From Lingula anatina (Eukaryota > Animalia > Brachiopoda): DNA of 64,000 bases. A model generated the notes under the pieces. The model made no database searches. It saw nothing but the letters and a program-made list of their open reading frames with translations, and was not told where the DNA came from. The DNA lies in NCBI GenBank assembly GCA_051362555.1, contig CM120640.1, positions 25,468,225-25,532,224 on the forward strand. Direction: 5' to 3'. Made by a program: the position numbers and the translations under genes. This document shows positions 29,953-43,563 of the stretch, piece after piece (the stretch's first letter is position 1; every line of letters starts with the position of its first letter).

Positions 29953-31693
29953 AAATTCTATAAACTAATTAAGTGCATGTATAATAACACCAGACTAGGT
30001 GTATCTATAGGTGAACAGTATACAACCCCATTCAAGTCAAGAATAGGCATCCGGCAAGGGGACAATTTGAGTCCAATACTCTTTAACATATTTATCGATG
30101 ACCTAAAACATGATCTCAGCGAATGCTATAACCCAGGAAATGTTGCTGGACTGAGTCATATCCTCTATGCTGATGATCTTATCCTCCTATCAACATCAAA
30201 AGACGGTCTACAGCACTTGCTGCATAAACTCGAAAGGTACTGCTTAAAATGGAAATTACATGTAAATGAAAACAAATCAAAAGTTGTTGTCTTCAACAAG
30301 TCTGGTAAAGTGGATAAAAATACAAAGTTCTTTATAAATGCCAACCCGATCGAGACTGTGAAAGAATACACTTACCTTGGTATCACCTTTGCTAACACTG
30401 GGTCAATGAAAAAAGCAATAGTAAATCTAAAATTAAAAGCAATGAAAGCAATGTTCTCATTGAAAGGTGCACTTTCGTCACAAAACTTATCCTCACCTCT
30501 CCTATATTTAAAACTGTTTGACAAAGTGGTAAGGCCAATACTCCTCTATGGCTGTGAAGTTTGGGCCCAAGAAATATTCAAAGAAAAGAAGATGACCCTG
30601 AACAAAATTAACCAAATGCCTTTTGAGCAAGCACATTTGAGAATGTGCAAATGGGCACTGGGTTTGAGTAAACACGCCAGCAACAATGCCAGTCGCGCAG
30701 AGCTCGGTCGTTATCCTTTATATTCTAATATTGTTAAACAGGTACAACGATACTGCCAAAGATTTGGAAATCTACCAAATAACAGAATAGTTAAACTCAC
30801 CCATGATGCAGAACTGACAATAGGGGAAAAAGGTTGGCCAGGAGCGATTAATACTATGTTAACGACTTGGAATCTTCACAGTGAAAATGTCCCAGGGGTT
30901 CAGCAAATCCAAACACATTGCAATACTGAGGAAAAAATCAATGCTAAAATTGAAAAAATGTTCTGGGAAGAGTTAACTGATCCTCAAAGCACCAAGTTAA
31001 AAACTTATAGTCTGATAAAAAAGTCCTACAAAATTGAAAAGTACCTGCTAACTAATGCCCCTCAGTCATTAAAAAGGGAAGTGGCTAAAATTAGAGTCAG
31101 TGATCATATTCTGGAAATGGAAAGAGGACGCTACACCAGACCTAAAACACCACGCGAGGAACGATTCTGTCCCCACTGTCCTGCAATCGAGGACGAAGTG
31201 CACTTCCTACTAGAATGTAGACACCATGTAAAAGAGAGGGAGGGCATGTTAAAACAATTCCCTAAATGTGACATGCATCACCTAGCAAGCAGTGACGAGA
31301 AGGTTAAAATCATACTAAGCCCAGAAAATGAGAAAGAATTGTACGCTGTTGGTAAATACATTCAGAGGGCAATTTCCAAAAGAAATGAGCATCTGCCACA
31401 CTGAAGTAGCCTCATCCTGCTATATATTATATGAACCATAAGTATGGCACATTAGATACATATAGCTATAAGCCTATCAAAGAAAATGTGTGTTCCCTCA
31501 GTGTATTGAACTATTTACAATTGTAATAAGTATTTTAAACAACGTATACACTGTAATTAATAATCTTAAACACTGTATTAGTAGTAATCCATAGTGATGT
31601 ATAACTTTTATTTATTTATATATTTGTAGTATAGAGGGCTAACAAATGTAACTGCCACATTTAATGCTCGAATAAATTATTATTATTATTATT
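29953..31693 (+). mobile_element. 5'-truncated non-LTR retrotransposon (RTEX/L2-like LINE), antisense inside the NK1-A intron
   Basis: Uninterrupted frame from about 29953 (KFYKLIKCMY) to 31404. RT motifs GIRQGDNLSPILFNIF, LYADD and YTYLG; also RPILLYGCEVW, RAELGRYPL and a C-terminal CPHC..EDEVHFLLEC zinc finger. The 3' UTR ends in AATAAA (31671) plus a (TTA)n tail. Clade assignment is by motif recall. Confidence 0.92.
29977..31404 (+). CDS. LINE ORF2 fragment: reverse transcriptase C-terminal half plus zinc finger
   Basis: 475-aa ORF with the YADD catalytic motif. It lacks the endonuclease and the N-terminal RT, so it is non-autonomous. Confidence 0.85.
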   Translation: MYNNTRLGVSIGEQYTTPFKSRIGIRQGDNLSPILFNIFIDDLKHDLSECYNPGNVAGLSHILYADDLILLSTSKDGLQHLLHKLERYCLKWKLHVNENKSKVVVFNKSGKVDKNTKFFINANPIETVKEYTYLGITFANTGSMKKAIVNLKLKAMKAMFSLKGALSSQNLSSPLLYLKLFDKVVRPILLYGCEVWAQEIFKEKKMTLNKINQMPFEQAHLRMCKWALGLSKHASNNASRAELGRYPLYSNIVKQVQRYCQRFGNLPNNRIVKLTHDAELTIGEKGWPGAINTMLTTWNLHSENVPGVQQIQTHCNTEEKINAKIEKMFWEELTDPQSTKLKTYSLIKKSYKIEKYLLTNAPQSLKREVAKIRVSDHILEMERGRYTRPKTPREERFCPHCPAIEDEVHFLLECRHHVKEREGMLKQFPKCDMHHLASSDEKVKIILSPENEKELYAVGKYIQRAISKRNEHLPH

Positions 31694-32359
31694 AAAGGAA
31701 ACGAGTTAACGCCGAGTTGAAAGATTACACTAGTCTTATATAAAAGTGCTACTAGAATCCTGGCAAGAAAATCGTATTCATCTTTCATAGCAACGACGAG
31801 AATGTGATAACGATCTATTCATAAATCGATTGCAAAATATAGTGCAATGTTAGGAAAATAAGGATAACTGATGATTAAAATATAATTTATGAGATATACC
31901 CTTAATGTTGTTTCCTTGTGTTAATATTATCAAGGCAGATTCGTAGCACTTCGAGGATTTACTAAGCATTTTGCAAATACTATATTTTATCGTATTTTTA
32001 TAATAGTAAAGACATTTTTCAAATTAACAAAGATTTACCACCGTACATAGTAAATAAATTGTGACATACATCCATTATTTTATTTACAGTCCCTCTTGGG
32101 GAAATAAGACAAATTTTTACTTAATATATCACCATTTTCCACTGGTGATGGTCGGTTATTTTAACTTCATAAATATTGTGTCAAAATAATCGCCTTTTTA
32201 GTATTTCAATTACAAGGAAAAATTAAAATAAAATGACAACTAAAGCAGCCCAGCAATATCTGAACATTAAGGCGAAGAAATAAATATCACTTCCTATCGC
32301 TGACGTCCATAATTTCACTGAGCGATATAATACCTATGTATTCTATAAAATCTACTCAC

Positions 32360-32672
32360 CACAACTTGAACTACCGGCCGGGCTGGTGGGAGGCTCCGAC
32401 CCCAGCTTCTCCTCTTTACCCCACGGGTGCCACACGCGAGAGATGGGGCTCGTAGAGCCGGTGAATTTCCTCGGGTCGAGGATGTCTTGTACGAAGAAAG
32501 GCGTATGTTTCGCCATCGTGAGGCCGGGGCTGATGGAGGTGTGGCTCCCACTAGATACTGAGGCTGGAGAGAGCGCAGGAGAACTGTCCGGTGTTAGCGC
32601 CTGGCCATAGTGCTGCTGCCGTGTTACACTGGACATCTGACCTTGGTCAGTCGTTGCTCGTGGCCTGTCCAT
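32360..32672 (-). CDS. Nkx1: NK1/slouch paralogue A, exon 1
   Basis: ATG at 32672; NK1-type eh1 region TPFFVQDILDPRKF; VWHPW motif; donor G|GTGAGT at 32359. Joined CDS is 313+698=1011 nt, 336 aa; intron about 5.2 kb. Confidence 0.88.
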
Positions 32673-35085
32673 CCTAATGACAATAACAACGGCAGTTGAC
32701 AGGTAAACTGATTGGGCAATTAGAGTAGCTTTCTTCGATGTTATCTGTGTTCGTCTGCCTACTCTGTGACTGAGACCGTCCAGCGAATGAACCCTTTCTG
32801 CCTAATGGTACGCCGCTATTGATTGCGGACTATGCTTCTAATTGGTTGCGAATTAATTGATAGTTTTGACTGGCAGCGGGCGTTGGGTAGAGAAAACATG
32901 AAAAGAGCCGAAATGTAAAGCCTGTGGATCTTAAATAATTGGGTTTTAACCGATTGCCATACAAAAACACACAAACAGGCTATTTACTGTTTGTAACAGT
33001 GAATAGAAACGGTGCGAGTGTCTTAAGAAACAAGCGCGCAACATTGTTTGTTGTCTTTTGGTTGGTTGCGCATTCCTAAAAGACTTAAGCTAGGGGTGGA
33101 ACTTTCACCGCAATCTAATTTGAGCGAAGAGGCGGAAAATTAAGATCGCCCCATGTTCACAAAACGTAACTTATCCCTAGTTACACATTTAAAGCAACAT
33201 TTAACATTTTAGGTTGAAAATGACGGCGAAGAAATTGTTTTACATTTTTGAACAGCCAGACTAAAGAAAACAATAAAACGGGTGTGGGGGAATCCTCACG
33301 TCATTCTTACTGTGCATCTTGATTGACCCGCCTACCTATTTGGGAAATCATTCAAGGTTCTTAACGAAACACCACCCTTTTTATACCCTTGATTGATGCA
33401 GCGTGGCAATAAAGGGTAATTGTCAGCCCCTATTTGTAACTCTGGTGTGCCAATTTCGGCTAAATTCAACTCATTGAAATTTTGATCGGCATTTTCTTTT
33501 CCACAACGCGGCAATCAGCCTGAAATAGGACAGTAACTATATCCACTTAATTCGACAAAAGAAACCAATTTAGAAAATTACGGGCGCGTAAAGAGAGAGA
33601 TAACGCACGTCTTATCTGGTAGAATCGACACCGAGGTTTACACGAAGAAGCTGCTGTGAGGTGCTCACCTAGGAGATTTTTTTACCAACCACATCGACAA
33701 AAAACAATAAAAAAACTGCACAGGATTCCAAATTTATAGAGTTCAGATTGAATGACAATTGTCTCGTTTATCTTGTATATCTTGGTCAGATTGTCATCCA
33801 GCTGTTAGTGATGTCTTGATCAGTAATGGTGGTTAGAGTCAGAACTCCCCATCGGCTTGGAAAAGAGGGATATGTCTGGATGGAATGTAGCATAAGGTCA
33901 ATCAAATTTGCCATAGGGTTGAATCAATGGGACTTGTGAATTATCGTTATGTTCTTCCTAATGCCTCGAGGTAGACTTAACACGCGACAATTCTGAAACA
34001 TCTTTAGTGAAATTTACTAATCGATATGTAAGCTTGTTAGTGGCAATTTCTCGAAATTAAAAGCGTGTTATCAATTTTCCCCGATTCCCAGTTGTCTCCC
34101 GCCGATGTATGTTTTATCGAGATTTACATGAACCATTGCTTCCTTTTAAACCAGCCACTTTTTAATTTGAGTAAATTAGGGAGATAGCAAAAGCTCATTG
34201 AGCGCTCAGATCACTTCAGTTGCACCAACTCATTTGTTCGCGTGGGGTAATCACACTAAAACGACTTCATCTTTGCTCCTCTTGGCCGATCAATTACCAG
34301 ATAATAATTCCGAGAGAAAGGCAAAGATACTCGGGATATTAATGTGATTCTGTAAATATTATAGAGTAAGTAAGAGTTAGCAGAGAGAAAGAAATGCTTT
34401 TAGCCACCATTGGGAAGCCATTGTCCTGTCAGCTCTGTGATGCTCTCCTGGGAACGTCCAGCTTACTTTGATAATTCCCCCGATGTCAAGGGATAAGGAC
34501 AAGTCTCAAAGCTTCCAGTAAACTTATCATAGAATGTAAATTTGCTCAGAAATTAATGAAGTAGATTAGTTGATCCTATTTCTAACACGGTCCCATATAA
34601 GTTGCTGAGGAGCGAAGAATGGGTGCTTTTACTGCCAAGTCGATGTGGACATTATCTGCATAATGGCCGATGGATTTTGAATGACGTGCTGTTATAACTA
34701 CATAATTACTGCAATTAATTTACGAAGATAAATAGACAATTTTCTGTTATTCATCAGGGGGCTGGTAGTGACTGGAAGATTGAGTTAAATATCAATCAAA
34801 CAGAATAGTCTGAGAAGGCGACGATCATGTCACATATGGAGAGCTATTTTTTCTTTCTGCTACATGTACTTTTCCTCTGGTCTACATAACTACTGTATAT
34901 CTATAAATGATTTTGAAAATGTAAACTGAACATAAAAATAGGATAAAATGAAACACGAAAAAAATTTAAAGCATATCTTACTAGTATCTCTTTGTTTTTA
35001 AGCGAAGATTAGTCAATATTTCTTACCAAACACTGAATATTTTTTTGTTTGCGGAACACAATGCCATTGGTTATTTTTAAAAAAG

Positions 35086-35087
<2 letters not shown>

Positions 35088-35138
<51 letters not shown>
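35088..35138. repeat. (TAA)n microsatellite
   Basis: Seen directly in the sequence. Confidence 0.95.
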
Positions 35139-35140
<2 letters not shown>

Positions 35141-38100
35141 GTTTCGCATATCCAAATTGTTTTATTTATTTATTTATTTGGATTTTAAACGATCAGTTTA
35201 TGGTTCATGCACATATTGGAGCAGGGAGAAGCTCGGTGTGTAGCAACAGCTGCTGTGGATCAAAACTAGTCGAAACATAAACCGGAGGCGATGAGATCAA
35301 CAAGGATACATAACATGGATAAAAGGCTAATTAAGGGAATATGTAAGTGTTTTATTGGCCCATTTAACAAGACTGCTCCTTAGTTTAGTGTTAATTGGCC
35401 CCATCTGTCTATCTATACTTGCAACAAAGAAACAAGGACGGGTGAGGTGTTACTGGCTTGGAGTGCTGTACGCGTGGTTCGTGCTTATTTTCACCTATTA
35501 CTTTGCACCCGAGCCCGAAGATTGATATCGTTCCTTATTCTTTTAATTCGAACAATTAATTCAACAGAATGGTATCTGTTGGTCCCGCTGTTTAGTTGAT
35601 GAGGTGTGCGCAATTTGAGAGTCTGCCCCAACCCCAACTTCACTTTGAATTAGACACTCGACCTGTAGATGAGCGGTAACATATTTTCACTGTCATGGAG
35701 AGAAGGGCAAAATTAGCTCACAACAAATTAAAAACAACATGACCATTTTACTTTGTAAATCTTCCAGCAACCCTCATCGACTGCGCTATGAACTAGATTG
35801 AAAACGTTGGAGCGACGATTTGAAAAAAAATTAGGCGCCACCAAGAGCGAGTAACAAAAAAATAATGAAATGCATTACTGTACTGCACGAGGACAAAGTC
35901 AGAAATCTAACGCCGTGACTTCTATTTGGAGACGGTCCACTTGCTCCTGGTCACCCGGTGTTGCTGTCATATTGCAGTAATTAGTATTGCTCCGTCGCAA
36001 GAATAAACAAACAAGGCGTGCAGAGATCCAGAGCCATACAGAGTTGCTGAAAGATGACAAGAGCAAGCGGAACGAACGGTTCCCGTGCAACGACCGACTC
36101 TGATAGATGGAGGGGTTTAATGTTACAAATTGCGTCCTCATTATTCTTGTGTAAATATCCAACGGAATGAGAATGAGGGGAGAAATTGAGCTATTTTGAC
36201 GATTAATACATTCCGTCAGCCGACACCCAGACTGAAGAAGGCCAGAGAAATAATCTTTCATTTAAAGATGTTTGTATACTCATGCTGCGGAATACAAGTA
36301 GGGGATTCCTGCCTGGCAAATTCAGAAGTGTCAATTTTAGGGAAAATTAGATAGGTGGCAAATTTCACATGTTACCGACTTGACTGTCGCTATTGTCCGG
36401 GCATATTACCTGCCGAATACAAATTAAAAGCTCATAATGTCTCGATTTCCAGTATTTCAAACGCGCGGGAGTAGGGTAACAGGAATCAATAATGAAAGAC
36501 AAGCAGTTATTTCATGCAATCTCGGTTTGAGGGGGAAAACGACACGATCTAGCGATCGCATCGATTTTCTATACCCCTCAGTAGGCAAGGTGAGTGAATA
36601 GCGAAGCCTTTTAGGAGATAATTACAACATGTCTCCTTCTCCATACTTTGGAAACCAATAAACAAACCGAGGTGTAAACTTTCAATCTTCAGGACAAACG
36701 ACACTTCTGTAAATAAAGTAAAAAAATTACCCGATTGTTGAGGTGGGCGAACGTAAAAGAATTTGACAGCAACAGATTTTTTTGGCATTTGCAGAGAACA
36801 AGTAAAATAATTTTTTGCATTGTCCAAATTAACAATAAGCCACATAATTGATCGAAAATCAAACATTATTACTCAAAACTTGGCATTTTACTCCAACTAA
36901 CTGCTAACGCATGGCAAACGAGAAGCAATGACATATTTTAGATCTTTTCCAAACAGAAAAAAAAAACATGAGAAATAAAGAAAAACATTGTAATAAAAGT
37001 ATTGTTTCAATATTTTTGAAAATATAAAGAGTAAGTCCTCTCCCTATTCCATTTTTTCTTTTGATTTTCCTGTCAATATATGGCAGACTGAAAGACGGAC
37101 ACACAGACAAAGAAAAAGGAAATACTAAATTTCCTCCACAAGTTGGCGGAGGTAATAGGTATCGAAGCCCAGTCTATACTAATTTCTTTGCAACTTGATG
37201 AAGAGTTATTTTGAATTTTTTTCTTTTCCCTTCCAGACCATAACATAGCAAAGGAGTCAAATTTATCGAGTCGAGCCCTTTGGTCCTCGGGTTAGTTTCA
37301 ACTTCTATTGGCTCAAACACTTGCGTTAATCGCAGCTTTTAGACGTGTACAAGAAGTGAAAAAACCTACATATATAGAAAAAAATATAACCAAAAGGAAA
37401 ATAAATAAATAAATAGATAGATAAATCATTAATGCAATGTACCTCAAATCGATATTCGCCTTACTCTCTCATAAATATCATTTTTCTTTTAATGTTTGTG
37501 ATTGTTACAGATCTTTTGTACCAATATAGCCTAATTGTTTGGTCGCTCGCAGTCTCTGCACACTAATGGGTTGTTAGATTAGTCCACCAGTGACAGAGTG
37601 CCACTGTTTCATGTGAAATGCTCCGTGAAAATAATGAGGCATTGAACGTGAGACTATCTGCGTCCTGTTTGTCAATTTTCTTTTAAAAAGCAAGCGTTTG
37701 TCGTGTGTTTTAGCGTCTGACACTTAACACGATTTCATTACCCAATCAGAGAGCGTCCACGCGTTGGTTGCGGCATTGCTTTGTGATATTTGAAGCTGCC
37801 AGTAACAATTTGTCTGACATTGTACTTTGCCAAAATATTGGACAAAAATGGTTACATTCCTTGAGTTTATATTTATACTTTGATTGTGCTCGCTTTCTTA
37901 ACTTAATTACTTGTTGTTGTAGGAATGTTGATAAAAGCCAGTGAAATATTTAGAAATTACCCACTTGGTTTGGGCTTAAGCTTTGTCCTCATATGCAATC
38001 AACTGAAGGTCTTTGTCCAAGTGAAGCCTAGTCAAAACTGGCAGAAAATTTATAAAGAACTTCAAAGAGTTGAAATAATTTAGTTTGCCCACAAGCAAAG

Positions 38101-39645
38101 AACGAACAACAATGCCAGAGGTCGAAAAAACATAATAAGGCGTGAACCCCATTCATGTACACCCCATTTTCACCGGCACGCTACTCATTGTCAACAAACA
38201 CAAGTTCTCTAAGCAGATATAAGATCACTTTAACATGTGTAGGGATGGCAAAATGCTTATCGATATTCAGCTGCCAATCTAATGAATATTTACGGCACGA
38301 TATTTTTTCTCTGGTCTTCCGTCATGAGTGGAAGGAAAAAGTTGGATAAACTTATGCGTAGTTCAACCATTTTCAATAATGCAATGTCCATTCATTTGAA
38401 ATCACACCTGTCAGTACTTACTTGATAACCTTTGTCGTCGTGATTAGAAATTAATTAACAAAGTAATGGTTTGTCTTCAGTGTTTAAAGCGACAACGATA
38501 CATCTATTGTTTTCCAAATTAACCATAAGACATCAAAGAAAGTGATTTCCCATACGATCGAAACTTGTGTTGCATTTGGAAAATGGTAACCTGCCCAAAA
38601 ACGCCACCCCAAACTGCGCGCTCAGCAGACGTGCGCCTTCACCCACTGCTTATTCAAACAACACGAATTGCAACTGAGGCCTTTTCCCCTTTCTTGTCTG
38701 CTCTGAACTCCGACAAATTGGCCTAGGATTTTTCTGTGCCTCAACACGTCTTGGTAATGATGCCCGGGCCAACTACGGGGCAAAGGAGAGAGTCAATAAC
38801 AACTTTGATCCAATGTAACGCACTCCTCGCTCGTTAGGAGCCAACCTTGTTCGAGTTAACGTAAATGTGCTAGCGTTTAATTTGACATCAAACAATTTGT
38901 AAAACAACATGGAAAGCCAGCGTGCGGTAAATCACCTTTTTGATGTCGGTGTTATTTTTGCATTGCTGCTACATTCCTATTTCTCACCAATGACAAAAAA
39001 TACGAATGGTCGTAACATTCACGTGAAATTTATTTCACTTTTTGGCAGACTTGGGATGCTGTTCAGTATTCTGATACACAACTTTTTTAGCACCAAGCTG
39101 GAGAAATTGACCATGGTAAATATGCAGTTATACTGATAGGTTAAAGCCACAACAGCCATGAACTACTATTGTTACTGCATACAACACAAACCAGTGTGGA
39201 CACGAGTCAGTAAAAATGGCGCTGTTTACTAAAATAATAATAACAACAAAATAAGTTATGAAGAAGTTGTGTGCATCAAATTGACTGTACAATATTTACA
39301 AAATAAACCTTCTTCTCTAGCAGACGGTGCACATTGTAAACCTTCCCTTTCAAATGCAGTATTTGCATAAGCGGGTCGGTGGAAAATTGGAAACAAAGTC
39401 CCTACCTTTCACCGTAATAGGTCTGTCCGGAAATTTATAACCATCAATAATTATTTTGTCATAATTCATAAGTGATAATCCGAAAGTAAATTACGACAAA
39501 AGTTGTTTTCGTATTCGGTAGAATAGCCCTCACCTGTTCTGCGCGGCCCCTTTTTTCAGTAGAGTAATACTACAACAAAAAAATTCAGTCAAATTCCAGA
39601 TCAACTGAAATCCAATCTACATGTATAAAGTTTTTTTTTTCTTTT

Positions 39646-40308
<663 letters not shown>

Positions 40309-42962
40309 TTACTAATCTTCAAAAAAAAAAAAAAAAAAAAAAAAAATCCAACAAAATGTTTTTTTTTGTTTCCATAGACAGAAAAGGTCTTTATTTCTCT
40401 GGAACAATCGAAATATCTCAACTTAAAGTAAGTATCACTCGATTTAAGGCTGAAAGATATAAGAATAAAATGTTCTTCATAACCATCACATATTGCGCTT
40501 TTATTTATTTTTTTTTTTAGTCTACCGGTAAACAAGGAAATAACTTTGCTTAAAAGCAATCTTTTCATCATTCCATCATCGTATGTCTTTTTCAAGACTG
40601 TAACAGAAATTATAAAGCTATTTTCCGCACTGAAGAAGGAACATGAGAACGCCTTGGTTTTATGAACTTAAGCTGTTGTGTTTGGTGCGTGAAAGTAATT
40701 ATAAATCCTAAGCGTAAAATTGAAGAAATCGTCAGCGAAAAATCTAATATTATCGGGGTGTTAGAAGTAAAGTTAATCAAAAGGCCGCTGTCGTTTACGC
40801 TCGGTGGAGATACATTGACAATTATTGTGGATCATCTCCTCTTTAAGATCTTTTTACTATATGTAATCGGTGCCTCTTCTCTGATGCTTCTGTGCTGTCG
40901 ATTGAAATTTAATATTCAATTGCAGAATTATTTGACCCACCATTCAATTCCCTGTGATCACAAGTGCAGAAAATAGAACTAAAGTGACGACGGATTACAA
41001 ATTGATGTTTTTTTTTCTTGACAGAATGATCCACTCAGATTACACAGCACGATGATCGCCGTGTTCATCGTGGCTCATTTCACAAATAAACGCCTTTACC
41101 GGCAGCGCGACAGACAAGATTTGGAATGGCTAGGGAATAAAATGTGAACACGACTATCAATAATTTCACACTTATAATAAAATGCAACTTTCGTAGAAGA
41201 TTAAGAAGTAAATATAATTTTTTGTCTAAGACAATAAAAGAATCTGAGTGCGTCGGGAAAGGGCTCCCTGAGAAGCCGTGTTGATTCCTCCGCTGCGGTT
41301 GTTATCTAAATACGACTGGTATTAAAATGTGCTCTTACTATAACAAGAAAAAAATTAACTTACATAAAAATCCACCTAATACACCATTAAGACATTTTCC
41401 TTAGTTTATTTAGCAATTTATAATGGACCTGTACGACAATCATTACCCGAAATTGTTTCCTGTTGTCTATTTCCAGATTTCAATCGCTAGTAAAAGGGAT
41501 ACTCAAAGCATTACCGCCAATGTTTGATGTGTTTCTGGTGCAGAAAATGTGGCTTCATAAAGACAAAAGCAGGGCTCAAAATACTATTAGTACTTTCTAA
41601 TAGACCATAATGGTCGAGAATATCAGTAAGCATGCAGGTTTTAATTAATCAGCTCGGATTAAAGGGGTATATGCTGTGAACAAATGGCACCCTCGTTGAC
41701 CTATGTCGTTTGCCATTATACAGATTTCCCATACAAGGCAAGCTGTGATATAAAGAACCCCGATCGTTTAATCATACTTTCCGACTTAAAATATTATAAC
41801 TGTAAAATGATTGAATTTTTAATTTTTAAAATTTTTTTTGTGTTAATCTTCTAATTGAACTTGAAACTTAACCAATTTATTTTAATTTGTTATGTAACTT
41901 TTTAAAGAATTCATTATCTATTTATTCATTCATCTAATTTATTTGGTTTGTCTACCTTACATTCCTTTTGTACTCAATACTTACATTTTCAACAAAGCTG
42001 ATTTGAATAATCTTGTCCATCAATGTCCTTTATTAACGACTCTAATAATAATATTCCAAAAATAAAATCAAGTTGATTTTTAATCTATTAAAGTTGACAA
42101 ATGCAGCAAATTTAGATGCAGAAGGAATTTTACCTTGCAAAATCAGATAAACGTTTGATACAAAAAGCCGTCACAGGAGAGCGGTTTTATGATTTTTCTT
42201 TCAGAACATTTCGTAATCATAATATTTTACTGAGAACAAAATTTAATAATGTAGCCATGGATATTTTTATATAATCCAGTCATCGAGAAAAAAACCAATT
42301 TATATGAATACAATGACCTTGTTATCACTTGCAGTAGTGTTAAATCAATTTAACATTCGTATATAGTTTAAATATAATATCGAGGGAGGAAATGTGTATT
42401 CATATATGGTACCGTAACATATATGTATTATAGATGTACAATAGATATTACTAATAACATGAATAATTTGCAACTATTCTTATTGCTTTTATATTTGAAT
42501 ATTATTAATTCATATAAATAATTAACGTCTATTAGGATTGTTTGTTTATGCAACAAATCACAATTCTAAACAAATATAGTTTTCTTTATTTCGATTGTTC
42601 AATTTGAAACCGTATAAATTGGAATGACGGAATAGCATAAAATATCATGCATATTTCAAAACATATTCAAAATAACCACGACGTAAAAATCCACAAGACA
42701 ATCATTTCTGAGTATTTCTAAACAATCAAATCATCATACGTATCAAATCATTTCCAAAATAACATGCATGTTGTTTATGAATTATATATTTGCTCTTTAA
42801 GTCAGTGAGCAGAAGATCAAAAGCCTCTAATCGTAACATGTTTCTATATTTTGTGAGGTTTGAATAGAACATTGGTCCCATGCGTCGATCGCTTGTTAGT
42901 GTAGTGCTTTGTGGATACGACTCTAGCCATTGATTTCCTATACAGAGCAAAAGGTCCCTTAC

Positions 42963-43401
42963 CTTCGTTTTCTATTCCTGGTACCGCGTCAACTTTAGCC
43001 ATGCTATCTACTTCTTCTTGCACCTTTTGAGAGGTCTGACAGGAGCTGTCAGGATCCCCAACCTCTCCCCCCGAAGACGCTGCTACTTTCCCTGCCCACG
43101 GATGCCAGACTGGTAGTTTTTTAGTAACGGGTGCCCCTGTAAATTTGGCAGGGTCCAGAATGTCATTAACAGAAAACGATGTGGCTCGCGTAGCTGGAGC
43201 TCGGTCGGGGGACTGAGACCCAGGGGAACCGGCAGGCGAATGATCTGGCGAAGCCTGGGAGTAAGAACTTCGACTTTGTTCGTCCTCACTGTCCATTGAG
43301 TCTCTATCGAATTCAGAGGTACAAGAATTCATCCAACGAGCTGGGCCTACGCCCGGGCACTCCTGAGGTCTGTGTAAAGGCAACTCTGCTAGTATGGACA
43401 T
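42963..43401 (-). CDS. Nkx1: NK1/slouch paralogue B, exon 1
   Basis: ATG at 43401; eh1 TSFSVNDILDPAKF; VWHPW motif; donor G|GTAAGG at 42962. Joined CDS is 439+608=1047 nt, 348 aa. Confidence 0.9.
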
Positions 43402-43430
43402 TCTAGGTCCACACCAAAATATTTTTATAT

Positions 43431-43563
43431 CACTTAAATTTCGTCACAGGTCAGCCGTCTCACACTACGTTAACTCGCTTTCAAGTAAAGCCACTCCGTT
43501 TGGACACAAGTATTAATATCTCACTTAAAGGCGCATGCGCAGTGTGCTTTTAGGAACGACTTA
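43431..43563 (-). promoter_or_regulatory. NK1-B proximal promoter with NRF1-like palindrome and NK-type sites
   Basis: GCGCATGCGC at 43531-43540; CACTTAA (TTAAGTG) at 43431 and 43522, directly upstream of the ATG. Confidence 0.35.
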
